Shown here one piece after another: positions 11,891 to 24,341 of a stretch of DNA of 64,000 bases. The notes under the pieces were generated by a model. It was not told the DNA's origin. It saw only the letters and a program-made list of their open reading frames with translations, and did no database searches. Source of the stretch: Podarcis cretensis (Eukaryota). How positions within the stretch are numbered: position 1 is the stretch's first letter; the number at the start of each line of letters is the position of its first letter. The DNA lies in contig OX638152.1 of NCBI GenBank assembly GCA_951804945.1, positions 73,594,001-73,658,000 on the forward strand. The letters are read 5' to 3'. The translations under genes were made by a program, and so were the position numbers.

Positions 11891-13439
11891 TGAAAAATTA
11901 TTTATTTAGAATGCTTTTATAACCCTGAGAAGCTCTCAAAGCAGCTTACAAAATAACAATAACAATAACAATAACAATACCACAGAAGAAATTATATCAA
12001 AAAAGTGCCGCTACAGTGACAGGATTAACTAAGGTGGCATTTCCTGTCTTTAAGCTTGGTCTTCTTTGGTGGTGTTCTCTGAGGTAAAGGAAGAGGTAAA
12101 GGAAGAGGACTGAGCAGCTGGATCTCATTCAACCCCTGATGGAGGCAAGTCTTCTCTTGCTGATATCTATGAATTGCCAGGCAACAGCTCCAGCTGAGGT
12201 CCTCTGGGCAAAATAGTGAGGCTGTAAATCAGCTTCAAGCTACTCAACCTGTAATGGAAGCAGGTACCAGAAGAGAAGAGGGGGAAACGCAATCCTGAGG
12301 CTCATTCCCATAGCATTAAACAGTGGTTTAGCAGTAAATCTTAATGTAGTGATTTAAAAATATCAAATGAAACAATCCTCCTAGGTGGACTGTACCAGTG
12401 CAGAATTCAAGTTGAAGAGCACATGTTTGAATGCTACCTCACATCACGACGTCCATCTCACTAGGAGGAAGGGTCCTGAGTGAACATTTTCCTGGCTTGC
12501 TAATTTTCTCTCTGCAGGGAGTTTGTATCTACCGATTCCCCACCAACGTTCTGAAATGGTCACTACAAAACAGTAATTATTACACATAGAAAGGCTGGGT
12601 CCTGTGTTGTAGCTCAGTGTGTAGTTCAAGCTCTAGCACAAAAACCATCATGGTTTGGCAACATATCAAAGGCTCCATAATTTCCCTGTTCAAATAAGTA
12701 GTGAAATCCTTACCGTTGCTGATGAAGAGCTGAATACACGGAAACACATGCCATTCCTTGGGTAAAATAATAGAAATCTATTTTCTCTCAGCTATGGATT
12801 TGTTGACATATAAATACTCGGTGTTGTAGGGTTTGTTTGTGTGTGTTTTTTAAAGAAAATGTTCGGGGGTTTCTGGACTCATAACCAGTTCAGCTGGTTA
12901 TGATAACCAATGAAAATGGTCTTGATCCAGCATACCTGAGAAAATTCTTCCACCTTCTCAAGTTCCCTCATAATCTCTAACATCCTCAGAGACACCTCTT
13001 TGCACTAAGAATCAATCTCCTTGGTTACTCAGCATCTGTAAAATATTCTTCGCCTCTAGATTTGCCAAAGCCTAAATGTGAACATTTTCTCTGTTTATTC
13101 AAAAATAAAAAGTTAGCTTTTGGTGGCCAGAGACGTTACCATAAGGTTAAGGTTTATTTTCAATACAGCTTGATTTCAACATCTTCTTCCCCATCTTGAG
13201 CTTTTGGGGTGAACTAATAGATTACAACTAATCTGTTACAACTAATTGCTTTTAATGGTGAAGAATTGATGGCCGCCTGCTAGACCTGGCAACCCGCTTG
13301 AGGACTGACTCAAATTATTTTTGTGTGTGTGTTGAGATGTGTGTCTCAAAGCCAGCTGCATTGTCATGTTGTTTGCAGCAAGGGCAGTTACTGCTTTGCT
13401 TCACCACAAAGTCAGACTAGCAAATCAATCTCCACATTA

Positions 13440-13770
13440 TCATCATTCACCAGTTATTGTATTTTATAAATGTACATCCCACCCTTCAATGCAAAACAGT
13501 GTTAAGACTGACCCATAACACAAAAATAAGCAAAACAAAAATAGTGTAGAAAACTTATGTAAGTAGAAGTAGAGTGGTAAAGCAATTTTCACTATGGATT
13601 AAAAATCTGCAAAAGGTATTGCCTAGCATTGAAAGAACATCTGAGAAGGTGCCAGGTGAACTTCTCTGGGGAGAGGATCGTGTAACAGTGTGTCACACAC
13701 CATGAAGGCTCACTCCTCAGTCATTGTGCACCCGCATTTCAGGCAGCAGGGGCACCCAAGGGAGAGCCTT
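13440..13770 (-). mobile_element. Degenerate L2-type LINE 3' end
   Basis: GGTGCCAGGTGAACTTCTCTGGGGAGAG...ACCATGAAGGCTC; similar to 61912-62275. Confidence 0.55.
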
Positions 13771-13945
13771 ACATTCAACACACATTAAAAAGCACATGGC
13801 TCCCTGCAAAGAATCCTAGGAACAGCGCTATACCCCTTACAGAGCTATAATCCCCAGCTCCCGTAACAAACCACAGCTTCCAAGTTTCTTTGGGGGAACT
13901 TTAGAGAGGCTCTTGATGAGTACAACATAAATTATGGTGTGCAGT
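13770..13945. mobile_element. Palindromic MITE (AAAGCACATGGC...AAGAATCCTGGGAAC family, possibly PIF/Harbinger)
   Basis: Related copies at ~17630-17740, 32250-32450 and 35350-35480; superfamily not confirmed. Confidence 0.6.
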
Positions 13946-13988
13946 TCAGCACACCATTGGGAACCTGATTAATTCCTATATTGGCCCA

Positions 13989-14485
13989 CAGGGCTGTCTT
14001 TACCTAGGGGTGCAAGGGGTGTGGGGCACCTGGGCGCCGAATTCTGGGGGCATGCCAGGTGCCTGCTGCTGAAGCCACCTAAGCTCTTAACTTATCTACC
14101 TGTTATGAAATAATAAATGATTTGGTTCAAGCTAAAAAAACAAAATACATAAAGACCTAGGTATTACCGAAATGTATACCTACTCTTTCACTAAAGGACT
14201 TTCGACTTTGTGCGCTCATTTACCAAAGACGCGCCGCGCCAGCAGTGGCGCTTGTCATTCACAACAGCAGCGCTTGTCAGACTCAACGAGTATAAGTGTA
14301 TTATAAATAAATGAGCAATAAAAAAGTTTGTTTCTTTTTCCTCCCTTCTTTAGTAAACAAGAAATAAGGCGTGAGCGTGGTGTCTGACATAAGCATAATA
14401 AAAGTTAATTTGGGGGCTAAACTAAATTTGGGGGCGCTGGGCGGATCTTTGCAGCCCAGCGGCACATATGCTTAAGACTTCCCCA
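13989..14485. mobile_element. hAT MITE
   Basis: Left TIR CAGGGCTGTCTT, degenerate right TIR AAGACTTCCCCA, 8-bp TSD TTGGCCCA/CTGGCCCA. Confidence 0.8.
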
Positions 14486-14640
14486 CTGGCCCAAGTAAGA
14501 AAGAGGTAAGGAAGTATGGTTTTTCTGTCTGTGTGATGAGCTACCCACTGATGAAAGTCCCTCTTCTGCACAACTGTTAAAGTTGCATGAGCCCAGTTGT
14601 CTTGTTCACCAGATCACCATAGTTAATGCATAGATGTTCT

Positions 14641-15237
14641 TTAAAAAAAATAATTCCAAGTTTATGACAAACATATCAACAAACATAAAAGAAAAAACAT
14701 CAACAAACAAACATTTATTCTAACTGTAATAACCCCACTTTTGTTATCATTGTTGGGTGACTTCCTCGAGTCCCCCTGGCTGAGTTTCCATATAAATCAT
14801 TTTAGCAGTTTTCCAAAACTATTTTCACATAAAATTTACTTGGTCAATTAACATCTTTCTTTCTTTTCATTTTTACTTTTATCCATAGTATTCTACAACA
14901 ACACATATTTAAATCCTAAGCCAATCTGTTACTCGCAAGTAATTCTATTTAAGTTATCTTAACATATTTAACTGAGTAGTCTTTAAATTTCTTCCATTCC
15001 TCTTGATACTCCTCCTCCTTCTGGTCGCCGACTCTTCCGATCAGGTCGGCTAGCTCCAAAAAGTCAATCATCTTCATCTGCCATTCCTCCACTGTTGGTA
15101 CTTCTTGTAATTCCCATTTTTTGGCCAGCAAAATTCTAGCTGCAATTGTGGCATACAAAAACAATCTAACATCTTTCTTGCGCAATTCCAAACCTGTTAT
15201 TCCAAGTAGAAAGGCTTCTGGTTTCTTAATAAATGTC
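14641..15237 (-). mobile_element. 5'-truncated L1 LINE (ORF2 C-terminus plus 3' UTR)
   Basis: Peptide KKPEAFLLGI...YATIAARILLAKKW...PTVEEWQMKM resembles non-mammalian L1 ORF2 end and matches the 43.3 kb peptide; 15-bp TSD ATGCATAGATGTTCT at 14626-14640 and 15238-15252. Confidence 0.9.
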
Positions 15238-16769
15238 ATGCATAGATGTTCTGGTATATACAACCCTAGGTGTGAAAGAAGGCAGGAAGATTTACAGTGC
15301 AGTCCTAAGCATGGCTTACTCAGGAGTAAACACCACTATGCTAAATGGGACTTGCTCCCTGGAAAGCGTGCACAGGATTGTAGCCTTGGAGAAAGGAAGA
15401 TAGATGAGCCTATCTGCTATGTATATTATGACACACCTGCTGGTTATGGCCTCTTGGGAATGTGACATAATAAAACCAGGAAAGGGGAGGGGCGGGTAGT
15501 GGGAATGTGTGGTTTTTTTAAAAAAAACAACAACGAACAAAGTAAATTGCATGAAAGGCAGCCGTGCAATAAAGATTGTTTAGGAGCATATAAATCAACA
15601 TTTCAAAAGCAATATACTCAGAAGAACTCTGTTCACATGCAACGGGTGTACGGCGAGATGCTAGAAATAGATGGGGAGCAAGCTGGAACACAGGAAGTCT
15701 CTCAGCAGATATCCAGGAAGGAAAGGTGCATATTAGAATATTAATAAAAGCAACCTTACCATCCTCACTCAGTCACATAATGTGCCTTCTTATGTCCTTA
15801 TCAAGCCATGTTCTTCCAACTGCAGCAGTGGGACCAGGATGCGAGAACACAATTGTGGGTGGGTCATTTCTGATTTTATAGTTAGTTTCAAACAGATTTT
15901 ATGAGTATCGTGTTTGTTATGCTTACCGCTTTGAGACAATGGTATATAAATTGTCAACATAAATAAATTAAAATTTTGTATATAAGGCTACTCTTCCTGG
16001 AAATCATTTGTTGGTTTGTTTCCCAGAATCTCGCAAAACTCAGTCACTTACTGTGATTTGTGTGTCATGTAGAGAACATTTCCTGTGTGAAAGAGAGGAC
16101 ATTTAGGGACATGGAAATGTTCCCTGGAAACCAGTACTTCCCATTTGGTGGGTTTTATGGAAGCTCGTCATCACGTGGTAGCTCAACCCTCAAGCACAAC
16201 CTGCTCAGGAACCCTTCAGCGACTCTTCCTTCTCCTTGAGGAAACGGCACTGCTAGCACAATAACTGAGTTCATACTGAGAAGAAAAGCACCAGGTTGCC
16301 CTTTCTCTCTCACACACATAATCACTTCTTCAGCTGCTAACATCTGTTCTCTGACAGGTATCTGATGTTCCTCCACCCCATGAGGGCAGCATTTCCTTTT
16401 TCTCCTTCTCTCCGCCCCCCCCCCCATGTTCTCAGCCCCTCTCTTCATTTCTGCCGCTGTAGAGAGATGTAAATTACTTCTATTTTAGGTGCCTCTTTGA
16501 TGTGGGCTTTGTCTAACTAGTGAAACAGCTAACCTAATTTCTCACCTGACCTTTACACTCCTCTGAACTTCAAGAATTCTGTCATTACGTGGCACTGATT
16601 TTCAGGGAGGGAGGCTTTTTAAAATAAAATAAAACAATAAGAAGTTAAGTAAAATAAAATAAAATAGATAACTGAGTGAATTCTAGTTAGGAAAAATATT
16701 ACAGGTATGCATTTTTATTTGGTCTGCTGTGCCAACCAGGTTAAGATGAAGTGTAAAGCAAATTATCTT

Positions 16770-16773
<4 letters not shown>

Positions 16774-16814
<41 letters not shown>
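16774..16814. repeat. (CT)n microsatellite
   Basis: About 20 CT units. Confidence 0.95.
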
Positions 16815-16828
<14 letters not shown>

Positions 16829-18696
16829 CTTTTGAGTCAAAGGAGCCCTTTCCTTATCTGAACATCTAGGAATCAGTTCTCTTCCTCCAGGATTACAAAC
16901 ACAAAGAATGAAACTAAAGAGGACATTTTGTCTGAGGCTGTGTACACGCATGCACACGTAGCACCAAAAATGTAGGGCTTATGCTCGTCTTCAATATGTT
17001 GCTTTCAATCTAGATTGAATCTAGATTCACGAGGGTGGATGTGGTTACTTGATGCATGTTTGAAAATTCTCTTCTTGATTAGGTTATCCACACCTTTTCC
17101 TCCCTCTTTCACAGCACCAGGACTTTCTCACATGCTTTTTCAAGTAGCTGGTTCACATACAGTATGCAGTCATTAAGTGATGAGTTGAGCATGCATGTGT
17201 ATATTAGCCTTTTGATGGTTGCACACTTGAAATAATAATAATAATAAATATTATCACTCCTTTTGCTAGGATCAGATGAGAGGGTGGAATCCTAAAGTGC
17301 CTTTCCCTGCTTCCAGCTCAAAGAAGCTCCCTCAATTTGGATATTATAGAATGTGACAGAAGTATGCCTTAAATCTCTAACTGCTGGATTGAAGCTTGAT
17401 AAACCTTTTAAAATCAGCCAGACAGCTAAGGACTCATTATAGCTTCCACCATGTTATAAAGTGAGGTGCATCACACAAAAAATAGCCAACAAAATTAAAG
17501 CTAAGGAAACGCTCTTTTTCTTCACTTTCATCAAAGAAGAGGTGTTTTATAGTTGTTGGCGTAGTTAGGAAGGCTGTCCCTAAATATCAGACAGACTGGT
17601 GCTTTGCAAACCTCATGTTGTAGTTTTGGACAGAATTGTACTGTGAAAACTGCAGTTTCTCCTTCACAGAACTACAACTCCCAACACGCTTAAGAGATTC
17701 TTTGGCATAAGTCATGTGCTTTAAATGTAAGGTGTGTGTGCAACCTGTGTGTGTTTTAGAACCAAAGTTGCTGCCTTGTGCTCTTTTATTTTAAATTTAA
17801 ATTACAGATAGACCTCACCTTTCCTAAAAAACAACAACCTACCTTTACAATAAGCACAAATAATTGTACGAGGGGTGTTGTTACATGTAGAATCTCTGTG
17901 CACACTGCCCACTATTGGTCAGGGTAAGATGCATGTGGTGAGTTTGAAAAAGATCAATGTGTTCAGAGTACTGCCTGCATGAGACCCTAATCATGTAATG
18001 ACACTCCAACTCATGGTAGTAGCTTGCCATCAGCATAAACAATGGCAAATCCAACAGGGTTGTAAAATTGGGTTCTAAGCCGACAGTCAAAGATCAGCTT
18101 GACATCTATTGAACATGTGTCATGTAGTCCTAGACATTCAAAGATTAGGGTTTCAACAAGAAAGGTTATGGTGCAGGTTATGTTCTCATGGCCAAAGCTA
18201 TTTGGTAGTTTTCTTTGGAAGTTGTAGGAAATGAAGCTCCTGTTATATAATATGTTGGTTTTAAAAGACCGAGGACAGAGATTATGGTAAAAGTACATTT
18301 ATTAACGTATGTAGCAAACAGAGAAATGGTGATCAAACAAAACAACCACCCAGGACTCTGTTGGAGCTGCTCAACTCCTCTTTTATTTTAAGGCATGGGA
18401 TGTCATGCACGGAATACTTTTATGCCATGATTGCTTAAGTCCTAGCACCAGAGATAAAAGAGACAAGTTCTTTTAAACTTCAAAATCATAATCAATATTC
18501 TGATGAAACCTTCAGTTCAACGGAGGTGAAAAGAAACTTCTCCCTTGTCTTATCTCTTTGTGCTGGGCGGAGGACTCCTGTTTAATTTGGTGGAAGGTCC
18601 TGATGGGTTTAATAAATTAGATTAGGCAGGAAGCCATTTATTTGTGTGTGTTGCAAATTCTACAGGGTTTTTAAAAAAATTGTTAAGACTAGTTAG

Positions 18697-18750
18697 CTCT
18701 GGTCCATGGGTTCACGAAGAGTCGGACACGACTAAACGACTAAACAACAA
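18697..18750 (+). mobile_element. 54-bp BovB (RTE) 3' terminus
   Basis: Matches the end of 23666-24341 (CTCTGGTCCATGGG..CACGAAGAGTCGGACACGACTAAACGACTAAACAACAA); TSD AGTTAG at 18691-18696 and 18751-18756. Confidence 0.9.
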
Positions 18751-18833
18751 AGTTAGGATGTATTTTTAAAGTTTCATTTTCTTTTATTCTTCAAAGCTAG
18801 TGAAATGCAAACAATATACAGCCATTAACAACC

Positions 18834-19238
18834 TTGTTATTGTTGTTTGGTCGTCTTTGTGACCCCATGGACCAGAGCACACCAGGTACTCCTGTCTTCC
18901 ACTGCCTCCCGCAGTTTGGTCAAACTCATGCTGTAGCTTCAAGAACACTGTCCAACCATCTCGTCCTCTGTCTTCCCCTTCTCCTTGTGCCCTCAGTCTT
19001 TCCCAACATCAGTCTTTTCCAGGGAGTCTTCTTTTCTCGTGAGGTGGCCAAAGTATTGGAGCCTCAGCTTCAGGATCTGTCCTACTGTCAGCACTCAGGG
19101 CTGATTTCCTTCAGAATGGATAGGTTTGATCTTCTTGTAGTCCATGGGACTCTCAATAGGCTCCTCCAGCACCATAATTCAAAAGCATCAATTCTTCGGC
19201 AATCAGCCTTCTTTATGGTCCAGCTCTCTCTTCCATAC
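18834..19238 (-). mobile_element. BovB (RTE) LINE 3' fragment
   Basis: Reverse complement of ~23920-24340 with internal deletions; (CAA)n tail seen as TTG repeats. Confidence 0.92.
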
Positions 19239-19585
19239 GTAATAATAATTTTTATTTATTATTTATACCCTGCCCATCTGGCTAGGCTTCCCTCTGTCTA
19301 CTGACAACCTTACCTCCCCCCCCCCCTTTTGCACCTTTATTCCTATTTCAAGGAACCTGTATCCTAAGAATGGCTACAAGCCTAGGAAAGAGTCAGTTCT
19401 TACATTCCCAGAGATGAAGAATGGTCACTGTTACATTTCTTCTTCCCAGCCACCTCAATCTGCCTAATGGCTGAGCCAGCTCAGAAAACTCCCATCATTC
19501 CTTACTATTGGCCAAGCTGGCTGGGTGTCATGAACAGGCTACACCCCTTGCTGGGATCCTCTTTCCCTTCCTTGGTGTCCTATCA

Positions 19586-19893
19586 TATACCTGTAGGAGC
19601 GTCTCCACCCCCATCGTTCAGCCCAGACACTGAGGTCCAGCGCCGAGGGCCTTCTGGTGGTTCCCTCCCTGAAAGAAGTGAGGTTACAGGGAACCAGGCA
19701 GAGAGCCTTCTCAGTAGTGGCACCACCCTGTGGAACACCCGCTCATCAGATGTCAAGGAAATAGACAACTATCTGACTTCTAGAAGACATTTGAAGGCAG
19801 CCCGGTTTAGGGAAGTTTTTAATGTTTGATGTTTTATCATGTTTTTAATATTCTGCTGGGGAAACCCAGCCAGATGGGTGGGGTATAAATAAG

Positions 19894-19928
<35 letters not shown>

Positions 19929-19929
19929 A
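19586..19929 (+). mobile_element. L2-type LINE 3' end with (GTT)n tail
   Basis: TACCTGTAGGAGCGTCTCCACCCC...GGAACCAGGCAGAG...CCCTGTGGAACACCC...GGTATAAATAA; homologous to 20981-21310. Confidence 0.88.
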
Positions 19930-20464
19930 TACCATGAATATATCTTCTCCTGAGCAAAGTGATTCACAGAGTGGTAGCTGGTCCTGCCATGGTTTGGATG
20001 GCGGTGTTGTGGGGCATCATAGGCACCAAGCCAAGCCCCCCCCCCCGGGCTTTATTTCTGATCATGGCCACTGCTGAACCATCACCCCAGTTAACCCAAT
20101 CAGTCCATAACAGTATATTATATCAATGGGTATGCACCCCTGAATGCACCCTGGCATGCTCTGAAGACATGCAGAGCAGTACAGCAGGACTGAAGTATAC
20201 TGGCATGGAAAATGACAGGTCTGCAGTCTCAGCTGCCTCTGACAGCATGCTTACCACGCATACTTACTGGAAGTAAGAGTCAACAAGTTCATTCTGACAG
20301 CCCCAAGTGCAAGTGTATATAGAATGTACATCTATATTCCAGTCTGTCAATTTTGGCCACATGAATTAGGCCTCATCTGTGAGTGAGCTGTGAGCTGTAT
20401 GCTTGCCCTAGGTAGTATGCAAGTAGCCCTAGAATTGAAGAAAGTGACTGAGCTCCAGTCCTAA

Positions 20465-21325
20465 AAGATCTGCCATTGGTTCCCAGTACATTTCTGAGCA
20501 CAATTCAAAGTGCTGATGCTGACCTTTGAAGCCCTGAACGGCTTCAGAACCTATATACCTTGTAATGCATGTATGGGGGTTGCTCGTGCGTAAGTTGCCA
20601 CCACACCTGGCTAGGTAGCCTGGTTAAACCTTTCCTGACTGGACAGCCCTTCACTTCGTGGCTGTTCAGTCGCTAGCAGAATCCGTCAGTGGGCATTTCT
20701 TAAACTTCTTCCAGCACAAAAGCTCTTTGACGCCAAGTCTACGCCTACTTTCCCTGCGCGGAAGTCTTCTGCGCAGGGTGGGTGTGGGCAGAGGAGGACC
20801 TGTGCTCTCCCCGCTGGTCTCCAGCGAAGAGTCCTGGAGACCCCTCTCCGATTCCCCCAACCGCCCCCCTTTATCCCTGGTGTTACGCTGATTTCCTTCC
20901 CCAGCCGTTGAGTTACCTCTCTCCCTGGCATCGCTTGGAGCCCTGCCTCCACTTCTGGCTCCGATGTCAGTTCCCTGACATACCTGAAGGAGCGTCTCCA
21001 CCCCAATCATTCAGCCCAGACACTGAGGTCCAGCTCCAAAGGTCTTCTGGTGGTTCCATCATAGTGAGAAGTGAGGTTACAGGGAACCAGGCAGAGGGCC
21101 TTCTCAGTAGTGGCGCCCGCCCTGTGTAATGCCCTCCAGTCAGATGCCAATGTAATAAACAACTGACATTTAGAAAACATCAGAAGGTAGCCCTGTATGG
21201 GGAAGTTTAAAATGTTTGACGTTTTACTGTGTTTGATGTTTTAATTTGTTGAAAGCTGCCCAGAGTGGTTGGGGTAACCCAGTCAGATGGGCGGCATATA
21301 AATAATAAATTATTATTAATATTAT
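20465..21325 (+). mobile_element. L2-type LINE 3' fragment split by a solo LTR
   Basis: CAATTCAAAGTGCTG...CTATATACCT and TACCTGAAGGAGCGTCTCC join seamlessly once 20561-20980 and one TSD copy are removed. Confidence 0.88.
20561..20980. mobile_element. Solo LTR (Gypsy-like), 420 bp
   Basis: TGTAA...TGACA termini, perfect 5-bp TSD TACCT at 20556-20560 and 20981-20985, CpG-rich; superfamily is inferred. Confidence 0.88.
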
Positions 21326-21333
21326 TCAATTTC

Positions 21334-21505
21334 TAGGGTTGCCGCTACCACTGAGCCCAAAATGGAGCCAGAGCTGTCCACCAATTTTTTTGCCACCACC
21401 CCCACCTGGACATTTGCTTACAATGGTAAAAATCCCCCTGGAAGGGCATATAGGCCCCCCCAAAAGAGGACATGTCCAGGATTTCCCGGATGTATGGCAA
21501 CCCTA
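21334..21505. mobile_element. hAT-type MITE (TAGGGTTGCC TIR)
   Basis: TAGGGTTGCC...GGCAACCCTA perfect 10-bp TIR. Confidence 0.8.
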
Positions 21506-21879
21506 CCATTCTTACATATTTTGTAGTGCTCATTACTAGGACAACATCTACAATAGCAGTCCAAGGGGGTTCCTCTGCTTCGAATGACTTGCTCAATTTG
21601 AAGCTCTTCAGACATTTCAGAAGACAGAAAGTTCTGCAGCTCCCAACAGCAGTTATTTAACACAATGCTAACAAAAAGAAAAATGCACTCAAAACAATTA
21701 CTCCTTCCCCTGTAGGTATACTGTACTGAAATATCTTACCCACCCATCCCACTCCAGGTCCATCCCACTGGGAAAAATGTTTTAAGCTGCATCCCACCCC
21801 CACATTACTTCATTAGTTGAATGGGGTAAGCCTTAAAATCAATGTTGTTATTGTGGGCCTAATGGGCTTTGCCATATTT

Positions 21880-22167
21880 TAAAGGTAAAGGGACCCCTGA
21901 CCGTTAGGTCCAGTCGCGAAAGACGCTGGGGTTGCGGCACTCATCTCACTTTACTGGCCGAGGGAGCTGGCATACAACTTCCAGGTCATGTGGCCAGCAT
22001 GACTAAGCTGCTTCTGGTGAACCAGAGCAGCACACGGAAACACCGTTTACCTTCCCACCAGAGCGGTACCTATTTATCTATACTTGCACTTTGATGTGCT
22101 TTTGAACTGCTAGGTTGGCAGGAGCAACAGGAATTCACCCCGTCGTGGGGATTCGAACCACCGACCA
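21880..22167 (-). mobile_element. 5'-truncated Sauria SINE
   Basis: AAAGGTAAAGG tail at left; GTACCTATTTATCTA...GAACTGCTAGGTTGGCAGG and B box GGATTCGAACC in reverse. Confidence 0.92.
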
Positions 22168-23665
22168 GTTTCGTTAGTGTTATATATTGGGTTTAACACA
22201 TTTTATGTTACAAGGTTTATTCTAACCAATCGTATAAGCGTTGGTAGACGAACTTTCTAATGGCAAGTAAGCGCATGCACTTTCAACTGTCAATGGTCAG
22301 TTCATGCTCGGCATTATTATTGTGTTGTCCAGTCAGTTTGGTTCTTGTTTTCCTATGAGTGAGCTGTTGTCACTGACAAATGTTGAATTAACGTAGTTGA
22401 GGAACTTATACTGCCTTGGGCTTCTGACTTTTTCTGAATATTTAACAATTAGAATGTGTCTCAAGGGGCCACGCTGTTTCATATCTCTTTAGAAGTCAGT
22501 GTTTTCCTTCAAAATATATTCAAGCAAAGGTTTGACTAGGGTTGTTTTCCTTGATCACTGTAATACCTCTGGGGATTTCAAGTTATTGGTACCTTTGTAG
22601 TCTGATAATAGGGGGATACTCTCTGTCCTTGGCAATCCTCATTGGTTGTGCTATAATGCCATGTGTACAGTGTTTGCCGGCTGATGCCATAGATATAGCT
22701 ATAGATATATTCAAAGTGCTTGTTCCTTCTATACTCTGCTTTCATTGTCCTCTTCCTTTGAATAAATAATTGTACCATGTAACGAGACAAACAGAATCCA
22801 AGTCAGCCAGAAAGCTCAACTGTCATAAGCTCCTGGGCCCTTTCCCCCCTAGACACGACAAACTCTATCAAATTCAGCATGAGTTTTCTGAAGTCTGCAG
22901 TGCATTGCATTGACATTGGAAATAGTTGACAAAACTCAGAAAATCAATTTCAAAAATGTCAACTTTCTGATGGACTGGAGGACCATGCAGGAAAGTGTTT
23001 CCCAGTCATCTTTCTTTTTTATGACTTTGATTGATTGATCTTATTTCCTCCCCATATCAACTATTTTGTTGCTGAAAACCAGACAAATGTAGCTCATTTA
23101 AAATAAAGTTCATAAAGGTTACATAGATAGATCACTGAACATAGAGCACCCAGAAAGCAACCTGAAATGAGAAAAGTGTTCAGTCTCTTTGATCTGTGCG
23201 TAGCAATTGTTATTCGGAAGAAGGCAGTATGTTGCTCCATTAGCGCTGGCACCAGGAATTTGGGGGTCCTCAGGCACAGCACCCTCAGTGGGAGCCCCAC
23301 CATTGGAAGAGATGAAACATGCAAACTAGGAGCACCGGCTCTTTTGGTCCCTCCCTATATTTGGGGGGCCCCCAATGTCCCCAAAGTGCAGAGGCAAAGC
23401 GCGAAGCTGGGCACTATGGGCTCCAACAGCCAGATCCTCCTCCTCCTGTCACAGAGGGGGCCAAAACAGCTGCCTGCCTATGATGGCACCAAGAAGAAGC
23501 TGAGGAAGAACCCCTGGCCAACGAGTCACACAGCCACCGCATGGCCCCAGCTCCTCTGGATGTCCTGATGTCGAGACATCACATCATGCTCCTCCATCAC
23601 TGTTGCCTGCTGGCACCTCTGATGCAAACTGAGAATTATCTTAGCCTGCAGCTAATCTTCTTGAA

Positions 23666-24341
23666 TAAAAAAAACTAAGATCATGGCCACTGGTCCCATC
23701 ACCTCCTGGCAAACAGAAGGGGAAGAAATGGAGGCAGTGAGAGATTTTACTTTCTTGGGCTCCATGATCACTGCAGATGGTGACAGCAGTCACGAAATTA
23801 AAAGACGCCTGCTTCTTGGGAGAAAAGCGATGATAAACCTAGACAGCATCTTAAAAAGCAGAGACATCACCTTGCCAACAAAGGTCTGTATAGTTAAAGC
23901 TATGGTTTTCCCAGTAGTGATGTATGGAAGTGAGAGCTGGACCATAAAGAAGGCTGATCGCCGAAGAATTGATGCTTTTGAATTATGGTGCTGGAGGAGA
24001 CTCTTGAGAGTCCCATGGACTGCAAGAAGATCAAACCTATCCATTCTAAAGGAAATCAGCCCTGAGTGCTCACTGGAAGTACAGATCGTGAAGCTGAGGC
24101 TCTAATACTTTGGCGACATCATGAGAAGAGAAGACTCTCTAGAAAAGACCCTGATGTTGGGAAAGATGGAGGGCACAAGGAGAAGGGGACGACAGAGGAC
24201 GAGATGGTTGGACAGTGTTCTCGAAGCTACCAGCATGAGTTTGACTAAACTGCGGGAGTCAGTGGAAGACAGGAGTGCCTGGCATGCTCTGGTCCATGGG
24301 GTCACGAAGAGTTGGACACGACTAAACAACTAAACAACAAC
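23666..24341 (+). mobile_element. 5'-truncated BovB (RTE) LINE; C-terminal ORF with one in-frame premature stop
   Basis: Peptide GPITSWQ..DFTFLGSMITADGDSSHEIKRRLLLGRKAM..RRIDAFELWCWRRLLRVPWTARRSN; TAA at 24103 then in-frame MRREDSLEKTLMLGK; (CAA)n tail; 12-bp TSD AATCTTCTTGAA at 23654-23665 and 24342-24353. Confidence 0.97.

Noticed and set aside
17810-17845. 5-nt minus-strand microexon TTTTTTAG|GAAAG|GTGAG
   Set aside because: Frame-shifting, no supporting context, expected by chance.
18834-19304. 156-aa plus-strand ORF
   Set aside because: Antisense reading of a BovB fragment; the same antisense peptide appears at 23790-24329.
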